Shown: one piece after another, positions 54,530 through 62,615 of the stretch
How positions within the stretch are numbered: position 1 is the first letter of the stretch
Layout: each line of letters begins with the position of its first letter
Virus record (IMG/VR): IMGVR_UViG_3300045999_004337
Origin: an uncultured virus (IMG/VR IMGVR_UViG_3300045999_004337)
Lineage: Duplodnaviria; Heunggongvirae; Uroviricota; Caudoviricetes
Direction: 5' to 3' (one strand)
Length of the DNA stretch: 63,371 nucleotides
Notes under the pieces: model-generated
What the model was told of the DNA's origin: nothing
Databases searched by the model: none
The model's input: only the letters and a program-made list of their open reading frames with translations
Program-made: the position numbers and the translations under genes

Positions 54530-54889
54530 ATGCCGAACAACAGCAACGACAACAACAACGACATCGTCCCGCCCCTCCACAACATCACCGCCGAGCACAA
54601 CATCAAGACGCTCGACCTCGTTGGTGGATTGATCATGGGGAGCATCAAGTCGAACACCCCCATCACCGTGGATCGGCTCCCTCTCATCATGGAGGCAATC
54701 GCGCAGGTTCGCATCTACTGCACCTTCCGCGATCAGAAGGAACTCACGGATGCCAACAGCCTTGCCGTCATCGCATCTGCGCGGGTGCTGCTCAAGCGCG
54801 GGATCGGTTCCAAGCCTTCTGATGCGGAGCAAACCGATGCGGCAGCGCAGGAGATCCTCGCTGACCTCCGCAAGAACGGCATCGGCTGA
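54530..54889 (+). CDS. Hypothetical protein
   Basis: AGGAG SD; codon bias. Confidence 0.8.
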   Translation: MPNNSNDNNNDIVPPLHNITAEHNIKTLDLVGGLIMGSIKSNTPITVDRLPLIMEAIAQVRIYCTFRDQKELTDANSLAVIASARVLLKRGIGSKPSDAEQTDAAAQEILADLRKNGIG

Positions 54890-54916
54890 TCGGACTGCAC
54901 AACCAACATTCGGGTC

Positions 54917-54938
54917 GGAGGGGGCGAAAGCCCCCTCC
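54917..54938 (+). terminator. Strong hairpin (terminator or processing stem)
   Basis: GGAGGGGGC-GAAA-GCCCCCTCC; weak U tract. Confidence 0.5.
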
Positions 54939-54964
54939 ATCCTTTCAAACGGGAGAAACACACA

Positions 54965-55237
54965 ATGAGCGGCAACAACGACATCGTGGAACAGATGTGG
55001 ACGGAACTCCAGTCCTACCAGCCGTTCGCTGACGCGGACGGGCATGGCGACACATGGAGAACCATGTGCGAGAAGAGGACGAAGGAAGCGGCATTTATAG
55101 CGGCAGATGCGGCGCGCCCGCGTCGGCGTACGCGGCGGGAATGGGCTTGGCGGGCGACTTTGGCGGCGATGACGGCGGCGGATTGTGAAGCATACAAAGC
55201 CATCGTGAATATCCGCAAGGCAAAGGAGGGACGATGA
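54965..55237 (+). CDS. Hypothetical protein
   Basis: GGAG SD. Confidence 0.7.
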   Translation: MSGNNDIVEQMWTELQSYQPFADADGHGDTWRTMCEKRTKEAAFIAADAARPRRRTRREWAWRATLAAMTAADCEAYKAIVNIRKAKEGR

Positions 55238-55503
55238 CACAGACCGAAACCCAGACAGACCAGTACGGGCTTCCCATGACGAAGATGTACACCGTCGAGT
55301 ACATCGTCCTGATCGACGGGGAGGAGATGGACGAGACCTACTATGAGATCGTGTGGGCAAGGGATCCGCACGATGCCGCCTACAAGGCTCAGGAGATCTT
55401 CTACGACAACGAGAGCATCGACGGCACAAGCATGGCATTCAAGTGGGTCGAGGTGTATGAGAATCAGTCAGCGATGAGGAACACCAAGGAGAACGAGCGA
55501 TGA
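55234..55503 (+). CDS. Acidic hypothetical protein
   Basis: ATGA overlap, GGAGG SD. Confidence 0.75.
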   Translation: MTQTETQTDQYGLPMTKMYTVEYIVLIDGEEMDETYYEIVWARDPHDAAYKAQEIFYDNESIDGTSMAFKWVEVYENQSAMRNTKENER

Positions 55504-55964
55504 AGAAGACCACGAAGAAGAGCAACAAGAGCAGCGTCCGTCTTGTGAACCAGCCGCTTTCCGAATGGCGGGTGGTCGCACGAAAGTACGAGAAGCCTAC
55601 CCAGGAGATTTTCGATGAGAATCAACGATGGATTCCAGGTGGTGTCCGTTTCGTGATCTGCAAGGTCTGCTATGACTCGAAGGGAAAGCCCAATGGCATC
55701 GTGGAATATCCCGACACAACGGTACGGGTGAACTATTCCGACTACGAAGGCAAGGACGAGTTTCAGCGTCCCTTGCACAAGGCAGAGCAGGAGAGCCGAC
55801 AAAACCTCAGGGACATGATGAGGGCGTGGCATCTTCCGATCCTTGAGGAGATCGACCGCACGGGAGACTACCGCATCCGCGAGTGGAAGGGAACCAAGGA
55901 GTTCAACCGACTGGAACGACTGTGCGACTGCCCCAAGAAGACCAAGAGGAAGACCAAGCGATGA
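55500..55964 (+). CDS. Hypothetical protein
   Basis: ATGA overlap. Confidence 0.75.
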   Translation: MKKTTKKSNKSSVRLVNQPLSEWRVVARKYEKPTQEIFDENQRWIPGGVRFVICKVCYDSKGKPNGIVEYPDTTVRVNYSDYEGKDEFQRPLHKAEQESRQNLRDMMRAWHLPILEEIDRTGDYRIREWKGTKEFNRLERLCDCPKKTKRKTKR

Positions 55965-57208
55965 ATGAACTGAACCCCAACCTCCCGTTCCATACCTTCC
56001 ATAAGAACATCCTCGCGGAAGACGAGCATGAGATCCGCAACCTCGACAGCGTCATGGCTGCGATGAACAGCGTCCTCGACACGCCGACCGTGCTTGAGGC
56101 GGCGATCATGCCCGATGCCTGTCCCGTGGGCAAGGACGAGATCCCCGTGGGAGGCGTGGTCGTCACCTGGAATGCGATCCACCCCCGAATGCACAGCGCG
56201 GATGTCTGTTGTTCCGTGATGGCTACGGATCTCGGCTATGCCGATCCCAAGATGGTTCTTGATCTCGCACAGGCGGTCACGCACTTCGGGATCGGCGGAC
56301 GGTCGCCCGACTTCGAGATCGGTCTTCCCGAAAACCTGAAGGCTCGTATCGAAGCCAATCCGTTCCTCAACAACCAGAAGAGCCTCTTCTGCGCTCAGTC
56401 GCACCTCGGGACGCAGGGGGACGGCAACCACTTCCTGTTCGTCGGTCGCAGCAAGAACACGGGTCGCACGATGCTCGTCACCCACCACGGAAGCCGTGGG
56501 TTCGGAGCGAATCTCTACAAGGAAGGCGTTAGGGTGGCGGAATCTTTCCTGAAGAAGATCGATCCGAAGGTCAATCCCAAGAACGCATGGATCCCTGCGG
56601 ACACGCAGGAAGGACACGACTACTGGGAAGCCCTCCAGATCGTCCGCTGTTGGACGAAGTACAACCACATCGTCATCCACGATGTGGTCGAGCAGGTGTC
56701 GTGGGCAGACCGCGTCTCGCGGTTTTGGAACGAACACAACTTCGTGTTCAGGGACGGTGACCGCTTCTATCATGCAAAGGGCGCAACCCCGATGTGCAAC
56801 AAGTTCGTCCCCGACTCGATTGATGGTCTGCGCCTGATCCCCCTCAACATGGGACAGCCGATCCTGATCGCCAAGGCGGTTCCCGATGCCCGACTCACGA
56901 ACGGCATCGGCTTCGCTCCCCACGGCGCGGGTCGGAACTTCAGCCGCACGGAACACAAGCGGACGAAGTTGGTCGGCAAGACGGTCGAGGAGGTGTTCGC
57001 TGAGGAGACGGCGGGGCTTGATGTCCGCTTCTACTCGGGCAAGATCGATGTGAGCGAACTTCCTAGTGCCTACAAGGACGCGGAGAAGGTGAAGGATCAG
57101 ATCCGACACTTCAACCTCGCGACCATCGTGGACGAGATCATGCCCTACGGGTGCATCATGGCGGGAGAGATGGAGAAGCCTTGGCAGAAGAAGAAGGAGA
57201 GCAAGTGA
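55961..57208 (+). CDS. rtcB: RNA 2',3'-cyclic phosphate/3'-P-5'-OH ligase RtcB
   Basis: MPDACP, PVGGV, SADVCCS, GTQGDGNHF, HHGSRG, HNF, HAKGATP, PHGAGR, ELPSAYK. Confidence 0.95.
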   Translation: MNELNPNLPFHTFHKNILAEDEHEIRNLDSVMAAMNSVLDTPTVLEAAIMPDACPVGKDEIPVGGVVVTWNAIHPRMHSADVCCSVMATDLGYADPKMVLDLAQAVTHFGIGGRSPDFEIGLPENLKARIEANPFLNNQKSLFCAQSHLGTQGDGNHFLFVGRSKNTGRTMLVTHHGSRGFGANLYKEGVRVAESFLKKIDPKVNPKNAWIPADTQEGHDYWEALQIVRCWTKYNHIVIHDVVEQVSWADRVSRFWNEHNFVFRDGDRFYHAKGATPMCNKFVPDSIDGLRLIPLNMGQPILIAKAVPDARLTNGIGFAPHGAGRNFSRTEHKRTKLVGKTVEEVFAEETAGLDVRFYSGKIDVSELPSAYKDAEKVKDQIRHFNLATIVDEIMPYGCIMAGEMEKPWQKKKESK

Positions 57209-57444
57209 AGGACAACCACAGCAATAGCGACCATGTGGAGACGGACACGGAAAAGAGGTGGGAGCAGGGCATCCCTCATCACCCAGAGTCCGAGAAGATT
57301 TTCGCCTTCCTCCGAAAGGCAGACGAGAAGTACGACTTCTTCGACTGGAAGGCGGGAGGTGACGGGGACAATGGAGAGGAACTGATGTATGCTCTTGATG
57401 TCTACTTTGACCTCAAGGATCGAAACAAGGAGAGCAAGCGATGA
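57205..57444 (+). CDS. Hypothetical protein
   Basis: FDWKAGGDGDNGEELMY; GTGA overlap. Confidence 0.75.
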   Translation: MKDNHSNSDHVETDTEKRWEQGIPHHPESEKIFAFLRKADEKYDFFDWKAGGDGDNGEELMYALDVYFDLKDRNKESKR

Positions 57445-57611
57445 GCGACACATATACTCATTTGGTTTTTCGTCTGCGTAGGACTGACAAGAACAGAGGA
57501 GTTCCAATCTGTTCAGAAGCAGCCGACGAGATCGAACGCCTCCTTGCCGAGATTGCAAGGCTGAAGCAACTTCAGCAGAAGACCAAGAAGGGAACCCGAA
57601 AGACACTATGA
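57441..57611 (+). CDS. 56-aa protein of EAADEIERL type
   Basis: Manual: MSDTYTHLVFRLRRTDKNRGVPICSEAADEIERLLAEIARLKQLQQKTKKGTRKTL*; ATGA overlaps at both ends. Confidence 0.7.
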   Translation: MSDTYTHLVFRLRRTDKNRGVPICSEAADEIERLLAEIARLKQLQQKTKKGTRKTL

Positions 57612-58048
57612 AGACCATGAAGAACATCCTCGCCGCATTCCTCCCGTTCGCAGTCGCAGCCGTGTGCGTGGCAGTCCCTCCTCCTGCGGGAACAGACATC
57701 GACCGCATCCTCGACGCGATTCAGAAGGTCGAGACGGGAGGCGAGGCTGACCCCGCGAACGCGGTGGGCGACAACGGCAAGGCGATTGGTCCGATGCAGA
57801 TCCACCGTGCCTACTGGAAGGATGCCGTGCAGTTCGATCCCTCCATCGGCGGAACCTACGAGGACTGCCGAGACGAGGACTATGCTCGTCGCATCGTGGT
57901 CGCGTACATGACCCGATACGCTCCCGACTGGAATGTGAGAACCATTGCGAGAATCCACAATGGCGGTCCTCGCGGTCACAAGAACCCCAAAACCGTCAAC
58001 TATGCCAACAAGGTTTTCAAGAACTACCAAACGATGACCGATAACTGA
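57608..58048 (+). CDS. Secreted lysozyme-like enzyme (i-type/destabilase or SLT fold)
   Basis: Signal peptide; AIQKVET, GDNGKAIGPMQIHRAYWKDA, ARIHNGGP. Confidence 0.8.
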   Translation: MKTMKNILAAFLPFAVAAVCVAVPPPAGTDIDRILDAIQKVETGGEADPANAVGDNGKAIGPMQIHRAYWKDAVQFDPSIGGTYEDCRDEDYARRIVVAYMTRYAPDWNVRTIARIHNGGPRGHKNPKTVNYANKVFKNYQTMTDN

Positions 58049-58069
58049 TGGATTTCACGCAGATTTGCC

Positions 58070-58096
58070 GTAAGTCCATATGGCTACAGGACTTAC
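58070..58096. promoter_or_regulatory. Palindromic operator-like site GTAAGT-N15-ACTTAC
   Basis: Extends to CGTAAGTCC...GGACTTACG; upstream of the promoter at 58134. Confidence 0.55.
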
Positions 58097-58133
58097 GATC
58101 TGAAGTATTTCGTTTTCCCGCGTTCCATGGGGA

Positions 58134-58162
58134 TTGACACAAACATCCGTTTGTGGGATACT
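58134..58162 (+). promoter_or_regulatory. Sigma70-like promoter (probably leaderless mRNA)
   Basis: TTGACA-17nt-GATACT with ATG 6 nt later. Confidence 0.65.
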
Positions 58163-58168
58163 TAGGGC

Positions 58169-59488
58169 ATGTCGAAGTCCACCAAGAACCCGTCCCGCAC
58201 CGTCCGCAACTCCAACAGCAAGGACAGCATGAGCAACAGCACGACCGCGTACAACAACCTCCAGACCCGTCAGCAGCGTTTCGTCGATACCCTCGCCTCG
58301 CTCTACGGCGAGGGTGACGGCAACTACAACTACACCCGCACCCAGGTCATCGCCGCCTCCGACAAGTGCGGCATGAGCAACCCGCCCGTGTGGGTCGTGA
58401 ATGTGCAGAGCCGCCGTGCGGGTCGCGGTCTGTACAATGTGGCTGAGTGTGCTGCGGCTCACGATGGCTCGGGCAGCACCAAGACTGCCAAGACTACCAA
58501 GCCCGCCGCGAAGAGCCGCGCCAAGGCAGTTGCCGCTGCCACGACCGAAGAGCCGCTTCCTGCCACGGTCGCCGCGCTCGTCACCGAAGTGCAGCAGTTC
58601 GTCCCGAACAAGAACCCGATCTATGTGCCGTGGGGTCACTTCGATACGCTCCGCAGCATCGTCAAGTCCAAGGTGTTCTACCCCGCTTGGGTCAACGGCG
58701 AGTCGGGCAACGGCAAGACGCTGATGATCGAGCAGATCTGCGCGGCTGAGGGTCGCGAGTTCTTCCGCGTCAACATCACGGAGGAGACGGACGAGGACGA
58801 TCTCCTCGGCGGCTTCCGTCTCGTCAACGGCGACACCGTGTGGCAGGACGGTCCCGTGGTGGAGGCGATCAAGCGCGACGCGGTTCTGCTGCTTGACGAA
58901 CTCGACCTCGGCTCGTTCAAGACCATGTGCCTTCAGCCCGTGCTTGAGGGCAAGGGCGTGTTCCTGAAGAAGGTCGGCAAGTTCATCAAGCCTCGCTCGG
59001 GCGGGGGCTTCACGGTCTTCGCCACCGCGAACACCAAGGGCAAGGGCAGCGACGATGGTCGCTTCGCGGGAACCCGCGTCCAGAACGAGGCTCTGCTTGA
59101 GCGGTTCAAGATCACCGTCGATCAGCCCTACCCGCCCGTTGCCACGGAGCAGAAGATCATCGACAAGGTCTTCGACGCGCTCAATGTCGATTCGGAGGTC
59201 GCCAAGCCTCTGTCCAGCACCCTTGCGCGTTGGTCGGAGTCGGTGCGCCGTGCGCGTGACGAGGGTGCGATTGAGGAGATCGTGACCACCCGCCGTCTCG
59301 TCGCAATCGCTGAGGGCTTCGTCATCTTCGGTGACATCAAGCAAGCCCTGACCCTCGGTCTGTCCCGCTTCGACGGCGAGACCCGCGATGCCCTGCTCGA
59401 CTTCTACAGCAAGTTGGCTCCTGAGACGGAGAAGAAGGACGAGGCTCCCGCTCCTGCCGCTGCGGATACTTCCGACTGCCCGTTCTGA
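58169..59488 (+). CDS. CobS/MoxR-like AAA+ ATPase
   Basis: Walker A GESGNGKT, RVNITEETDEDDLLGG, LLLDELD, ATANTKGKG, NEALLERF, TTRRL. Confidence 0.9.
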   Translation: MSKSTKNPSRTVRNSNSKDSMSNSTTAYNNLQTRQQRFVDTLASLYGEGDGNYNYTRTQVIAASDKCGMSNPPVWVVNVQSRRAGRGLYNVAECAAAHDGSGSTKTAKTTKPAAKSRAKAVAAATTEEPLPATVAALVTEVQQFVPNKNPIYVPWGHFDTLRSIVKSKVFYPAWVNGESGNGKTLMIEQICAAEGREFFRVNITEETDEDDLLGGFRLVNGDTVWQDGPVVEAIKRDAVLLLDELDLGSFKTMCLQPVLEGKGVFLKKVGKFIKPRSGGGFTVFATANTKGKGSDDGRFAGTRVQNEALLERFKITVDQPYPPVATEQKIIDKVFDALNVDSEVAKPLSSTLARWSESVRRARDEGAIEEIVTTRRLVAIAEGFVIFGDIKQALTLGLSRFDGETRDALLDFYSKLAPETEKKDEAPAPAAADTSDCPF

Positions 59489-59576
59489 TCGGACGGTCTG
59501 ACACGGGGGAGGAGAAGTATCTCCCCCATTCCCGCATTCTGCATCCTCGCAAACTCACACAACGGAGAAACGCACA

Positions 59577-59993
59577 ATGAACACGATCTTCAACCCGATC
59601 CCCGCCGCCATCCGCACCAAGGCTCTTGCCACCAAGCCCAAGCCGAAGCCGAAGCACAATCCGTACCTGTTCGATGTCCGAGAGGACAAGGAACTGATCG
59701 ACCTGCTGATTGATGCAACAGACTTCGGTCGTAAAGTTTTGCTGCCAGCGGGCGCATACCTGATCGACTGCACCAAAGCGGTGGACAACTGCCACGACGA
59801 ACTGGATGTTTCCGCCCCCATCGGGGTGATATGGGTTCTCGTCAGCCCGAAGGGGCATACGCAATACTACAACTTTGGACTGTCGGAGAAGATCCGTGAG
59901 TGGGCATGGTGGGTGCGGGAGTTCCTCGGCATCGAACCGAAGAAGACGAAGACCGCGAAGAAGACCCAGACCACGAAGAGGAGCAAGCGATGA
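59577..59993 (+). CDS. Hypothetical protein, paralog A
   Basis: NPYLFDVR, LPAGAYL, WVLVSPKG shared with the next gene. Confidence 0.8.
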   Translation: MNTIFNPIPAAIRTKALATKPKPKPKHNPYLFDVREDKELIDLLIDATDFGRKVLLPAGAYLIDCTKAVDNCHDELDVSAPIGVIWVLVSPKGHTQYYNFGLSEKIREWAWWVREFLGIEPKKTKTAKKTQTTKRSKR

Positions 59994-60407
59994 GCGATTT
60001 GAACGACAACATCTTCGACAACATCTTCAGCAAGATACCCCCCGCAGTCCGAACCAAGGCTCTCGCCAAGCCCGAGCCGAATCCCAATCCGTACCTGTTC
60101 GATGTCCGCAAGGACAACGAACTTCGTAGTCTCTTGACTGATGCCTTACAGCAGGGTCGTAAGGTCAACCTCCCCGTTGGTGCATACTTGTACACCTATA
60201 TCGAGGATCAGAATCCCAATTGCGGATACATTTCGTGGGTTCTCGTCAGCCCGAAGGGAGAGACTCGACTCTCCGCGAATATGAACATTCTCTTTCAAGA
60301 CACTGATGACTGGGATATTTCGGTGCGGAAGTTCCTCGGCATCGAACCGAAGAAGACGAAGACCGCGAAGAAGACCCAGACCACGAAGAGGAGCAAGCGA
60401 TGAGCGA
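59920..60407 (+). repeat. 78-bp perfect direct repeat (59920-59997 and 60330-60407)
   Basis: AGTTCCTCGGCATCGAACCG...GAGCAAGCGATGAGCGA in both copies. Confidence 0.92.
59990..60403 (+). CDS. Hypothetical protein, paralog B
   Basis: Paralog of 59577; ATGA overlap. Confidence 0.8.
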   Translation: MSDLNDNIFDNIFSKIPPAVRTKALAKPEPNPNPYLFDVRKDNELRSLLTDALQQGRKVNLPVGAYLYTYIEDQNPNCGYISWVLVSPKGETRLSANMNILFQDTDDWDISVRKFLGIEPKKTKTAKKTQTTKRSKR

Positions 60408-60921
60408 CATCGTGACTGATCTGCGAAGCGTTTCTTGCTTCTACTGCGCTGGAGGTCTAGAGGAGCGAGCCGCCAACGAGATCGACCGCCTCCGCGCCGA
60501 GGTCGCCGCGCTCAAGTCGGAGAACGCAACGCTCAAGAAGCAAAGAGGCGATCTGTGCTACGAAGTAAACAAACTGGAAGACGAAATACTGGGATCTTCA
60601 CTACCAACGAGGGATGGAGCCATGAGCGACAACAACACCAACGACATCACGGTCACCGAAGAGATCAGGGAACTCGCGGACTTCCTCCGTGTGTTTGCCG
60701 ATGCCAATGACGGCGGCGAGTTTGAAGCCGAGCAATGTGAGAAGTTGCGCAAGGCAGCAGACGCGCTTCTCGTCCTCGACGCTGCCGTGACCACGCTCAC
60801 GAAGGAGAACGCGGAACAGCACGGCATCCATCCTTGGTGCGACAACTCACGGCTCCACGAAGAGGAGGAGAAGTCCGACAGCGATCCGCTCACGGGAATC
60901 CAGTACGGCGACCTCACCTGA
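60400..60921 (+). CDS. Hypothetical protein, possible fusion of two small genes
   Basis: SDIVTDLR...RAANEIDRLR module, then an in-frame internal GGAG-ATG at 60622. Confidence 0.7.
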   Translation: MSDIVTDLRSVSCFYCAGGLEERAANEIDRLRAEVAALKSENATLKKQRGDLCYEVNKLEDEILGSSLPTRDGAMSDNNTNDITVTEEIRELADFLRVFADANDGGEFEAEQCEKLRKAADALLVLDAAVTTLTKENAEQHGIHPWCDNSRLHEEEEKSDSDPLTGIQYGDLT

Positions 60922-60926
60922 GCAAG

Positions 60927-61274
60927 CCGATCAATCGTTTCAGTCCACCCCTTTCACCACTCACACTTTCAGGAGAAACACGCAATGAACAACCCAGTCG
61001 GATACCCAGGCAACCAGTCTGAGCGAGAGAGCCTCATCAACACCATCGGCATCCTTTGTTCGGAATGCCAGCGTCTCAAGCGCCAGCATGCGCAGGATCA
61101 GGCAGACATAGCCGCTCTCCGCAGCACCAACGACATCCTGTCGGAACAGGCGCGTAAGCAGTTCTTTGAGGAGAATGCCAAGAAGGAGAGCGGAACCAAT
61201 CCTGCCTGACCAACCGATCAATCGTTTCAGTTCACCCCTTTCACCATTCACGCTTTCAGGAGAAACACGCAATG
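60927..61274 (+). repeat. 61-bp intergenic direct repeat (60927-60987 and 61214-61274)
   Basis: CCGATCAATCGTTTCAGTyCACCCCTTTCACCAyTCACrCTTTCAGGAGAAACACGCAATG, 3 mismatches. Confidence 0.92.
60985..61209 (+). CDS. Small coiled-coil protein
   Basis: AGGAG SD within the repeat. Confidence 0.75.
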   Translation: MNNPVGYPGNQSERESLINTIGILCSECQRLKRQHAQDQADIAALRSTNDILSEQARKQFFEENAKKESGTNPA

Positions 61275-61556
61275 CCCCGCAAGCCCATTGACCCCACCCG
61301 CATCGATTGGAACACCGTCGAGTCCACCCTCAACGCAGGGAAGACCAACTTCAAGACCCTCGGCAAGTTGACGGGAGTCTCTTCGTCCACCATCCGCCGC
61401 TTGATGCTCTCCCGCTACGGGACTCGCATCGTCCTCAAGCGCGGTCGTGCGGTGGGCGGAACCTCTTGGGCAGACCCCGATGCGTCCGCGCCTACCCCGA
61501 CTCCAGTGCAGACCACGGATACGGCTGATGCTGACGGGAACCCGACGAACGACTGA
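61272..61556 (+). CDS. Helix-turn-helix protein
   Basis: FKTLGKLTGVSSSTIRRLM. Confidence 0.75.
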   Translation: MPRKPIDPTRIDWNTVESTLNAGKTNFKTLGKLTGVSSSTIRRLMLSRYGTRIVLKRGRAVGGTSWADPDASAPTPTPVQTTDTADADGNPTND

Positions 61557-61575
61557 ACCCACACGGAAACACACA

Positions 61576-61884
61576 ATGACGCAGACCGAAACCATCAATG
61601 ATTCCGAAACCCACAATGGGTGGAAGAACCGAGCCACTTGGAACATTTCCCTGTGGATCTCCAACGACGAGAATGTTTACAACGCTGCCCACAAGGCAGT
61701 TGACAGGCTGAAGAATCGTGGTATCCTTGACTCTGCCGTGACCCCTTCGTGGGCGCGGTCGTTCTGCCGCGTGGAGTTCGATGCGGCATTCGGCAAGGAG
61801 CAAACGCCTGACGGGTACGGCGTGGACGATCCCGACATCGACTGGTCGGAGATCGCGAACATGATGAAGGACTTGGTTCTCTGA
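61576..61884 (+). CDS. Conserved phage hypothetical protein
   Basis: HNGWKNRATWNISLWISNDE...TPDG...IDWSEI. Confidence 0.85.
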   Translation: MTQTETINDSETHNGWKNRATWNISLWISNDENVYNAAHKAVDRLKNRGILDSAVTPSWARSFCRVEFDAAFGKEQTPDGYGVDDPDIDWSEIANMMKDLVL

Positions 61885-61907
61885 AACACAGAAAGGAAGA
61901 CACAGAG

Positions 61908-62150
61908 ATGACAAGCGAAGACTACCGCGACGAGGAAGAGTGCCGCATCGATGAGGAGTTCGATGAAGAGGAGGAGTGGGACGAGGACGAGGACTTCGAG
62001 GAGGATGAGGACGAGGACTTCGAGGAGGACGAGGACGAGGACTTCGAGGAGGATGAGGACTCGGAAGATGATGACGAGGACGAAGAGGACTTCGAGGAGG
62101 ACGAGGACTTCGATGAGGACGACGAGGAGTGGGAAGAGGAAGGCTACTGA
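61908..62150 (+). CDS. Extremely acidic Asp/Glu repeat protein
   Basis: DEDEDFEE repeats with periodic Phe/Trp. Confidence 0.7.
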   Translation: MTSEDYRDEEECRIDEEFDEEEEWDEDEDFEEDEDEDFEEDEDEDFEEDEDSEDDDEDEEDFEEDEDFDEDDEEWEEEGY

Positions 62151-62219
62151 GTCGTTCCTCGCAAGGCAATGAGAGGCAGTCGAAGTTCGCAGACAGAAAC
62201 TCAAGCAGGAGACACGACG

Positions 62220-62615
62220 ATGGAAGCACAGACCGCAGCAGTCAAGTCGATCAACGCAGCGATGGAGACCGAGGTCGGTCGCAAGATCCTGGTCAGCAAG
62301 ATGCTTTCGCTGAGTCAGGAGAACCGCACCCTCAAGCGCAAGGTGGCTGAGGATCGGATCGCAGTCCATGCCCTGAACGAGGTGTCTCGGCGCACCATCG
62401 ATCTCATGTATGCCATGCGTGACCACATGGCTGCGAACGGGATCGCTCCCGACGAGAAGATCAAGACCATCACTTCTTCGTTGCAGATGTATCAGTTGGA
62501 GAACCTTGGGGAGGAGATGACCGTCCGCATCGGTGCGATCCTCAACGACACCACGGGCGACGATCTCCTGCTCTTCGACCTGATCGGCAAGCAGCCTGAG
62601 GAGGGCAATGCCTGA
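62220..62615 (+). CDS. Hypothetical coiled-coil protein
   Basis: AGGAG SD before MEAQ. Confidence 0.75.
   Translation: MEAQTAAVKSINAAMETEVGRKILVSKMLSLSQENRTLKRKVAEDRIAVHALNEVSRRTIDLMYAMRDHMAANGIAPDEKIKTITSSLQMYQLENLGEEMTVRIGAILNDTTGDDLLLFDLIGKQPEEGNA

Noticed and set aside
55868..59344. Long antisense ORFs (413 and 429 aa; likewise 24119-25321, 39784-40974, 48360-49529)
   Set aside because: Shadows of GC-biased genes or RNA genes on the opposite strand, with no recognisable motifs
58169..59488. Cobalamin-synthesis auxiliary metabolic gene
   Set aside because: Sequence supports only a MoxR/CobS-type AAA ATPase common in T4-like phages; no other cob genes are present
60927..61274. Mini-CRISPR array or IS ends
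   Set aside because: Two direct copies containing SD and ATG around an ORF; no cas or transposase gene
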